DNA of 64,000 nucleotides from Chrysomallon squamiferum. Lineage: Eukaryota; Animalia; Mollusca. Both the position numbers and the translations under genes were made by a program. The notes under the pieces are model-generated. The model did not search any database. It was not told where the DNA came from and worked only from the letters and a program-made list of their open reading frames with translations. Location: assembly GCA_012295275.1 (NCBI GenBank), contig CM022672.1:31310001-31374000 (forward strand), written 5' to 3'. Positions 62,450 through 64,000 of this stretch are shown here, in pieces; positions within the stretch are counted from its first letter, which is position 1; each line of letters starts with the position of its first letter.

Positions 62450-64000
62450 CCACAAAAATAATAAATAAATAAATAAATAAAGTAGAGTTAATAAATAATA
62501 ACAAAAAATAAAAAAAAAAAAAAATAATAATAAAAAAAAAGACTTTAGACGAAAATAAATAAACTTTTTGGAAGGCACTATATTGTTGTTGTTTTTGTTA
62601 TTGACCTTATACGATATTTTGATAATTGTATTAATTTGTTTGCTACTACTTCGTTATTATAATGTTAATGTATCAGCGTAATATTGTTAGAAGGATTAGG
62701 TTACTCGACTGCGGAATTGTAACAAATCTGGTGGTTATTTCGCAGCACAGACAAAAACCAGTCCAAAGTTCAAAGCTGCGTAATCTCGAATATTCACGTT
62801 TCGCACGAAATAATGATTATGGTGCAAACGAGAAGGGCTGGGTTTTCGATGCGCATTTATTTATGTTTTTAATTATACAAATTTAGATGTGCCGGTTCTG
62901 CTGTACGTTGAGGTGAGATAGTGCATTATGTATGTAATGCAATATATAGACGAAATAGCAATTTTCATAAAAACTGGAGGTTATATATCTTAATTTTCAT
63001 CCGCTTTTTCTGACATTGAAATTACATCTCGTCATCAATGTTTACATTTGAGTGCTATTGTGCACCACATAACAAAACCCAAACAAACTGCATGAAAAGT
63101 CCGAATTTTGGTTATCTGACTGAACAGAAATCATTATAATAATAATTTGGAAGTTACCAGTTTTATTTTATTTAATAATCGATTGACAGAATGATGAAAA
63201 TCACTTTATGGAAGATCTGTCTCAGGTTTCAAGCTGCAGTAGTAGATCTGTTCAACCATACTGCTGTCATGAACATGTCACTTATAAATAAATGCTCATT
63301 GATAAAATAAATTATTTCAGTCCATCTGTTTTGATTAGATTAAAAGATGTAAATATATTTCAATACCTTTCAATATATTTCACTATGTACTTGGTTGTTT
63401 TGTTTTGCAGAATTTAACCTGTCTTGACCAGATTACTGAAGATAGATTTGCTGTAATCCAAACTTGTATCTATAACTCACAATATACTTTTTTAAAGGTT
63501 ATTATAATATTCTAATTACAAATTGTGACAAATATACTTGCAATATTTCTTCAGAGATATACAAATAAAACAGTATGCAGGTATAATTTTAAGATTTCAT
63601 GATTATATAAAAAATATTTCTCAGTGAATCTATTACATTTCTGCTGTTGAGTAACCTAGTCATTTTAAAAATATTATGTAGATGTATTAAAATTAAAATA
63701 ACACAGTAGCAGTAGTAAAAATAATAAGTTTCTTTTCTTTTTTTTTTTTTTTTTTGATAAAACCTGATATTAAAAATAGTAAGTATAATTTAATTTGAGT
63801 AATATACATGCTTTTCCAGAATGAATATGAAAAAGTTACAAAATTCTGTATTTGCACACTAGTCTGAAATAGTTATTTTTAAGTGACCTTTCATCAGACT
63901 CTGTAGTTTGGACAGAGGTACCTGGATGTGATCTGCATCATGGTTATAACTGGAACTGTCTCTGGATGCTTTTCTTTTGCAAGTCAGTAATCATAGTACA

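Overview
Eukaryotic, AT-rich, microsatellite-dense genomic DNA. The gene content suggests a lophotrochozoan, probably a mollusc (inference). Almost all ORF-track entries are microsatellite or satellite noise, and the real genes are spliced, so I reconstructed them by hand. The main structure is an ~8 kb inverted segmental duplication (~13.2-21.5 kb vs ~44.9-52.9 kb). Each arm carries a decayed L1/Tx1-clade LINE fragment and a BTB-BACK-PHR (BTBD1/2/3/6-type Cullin-3 adaptor) gene. The two paralogs are nearly identical in the intron and BACK region, but by hand count the PHR domain differs at 21 nonsynonymous versus 1 purely synonymous codon over 128 codons. Each copy also has a different frame-breaking lesion in its BTB exon. 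Between the arms lie a 3-exon beta-microseminoprotein (PSP94/MSMB)-like pseudogene, a 39/40-bp minisatellite and a 13.4 kb satellite of two monomer types (61/62 bp) with higher-order repeats, ending at a 200-N gap. The right end holds two intact, tandem, 5-exon genes for secreted four-EF-hand proteins resembling molluscan insoluble shell-matrix protein 5, one with a His-rich third loop. Tigger/pogo and hAT relics and MITEs are also present. No CRISPR array, rRNA or tRNA was recognised.
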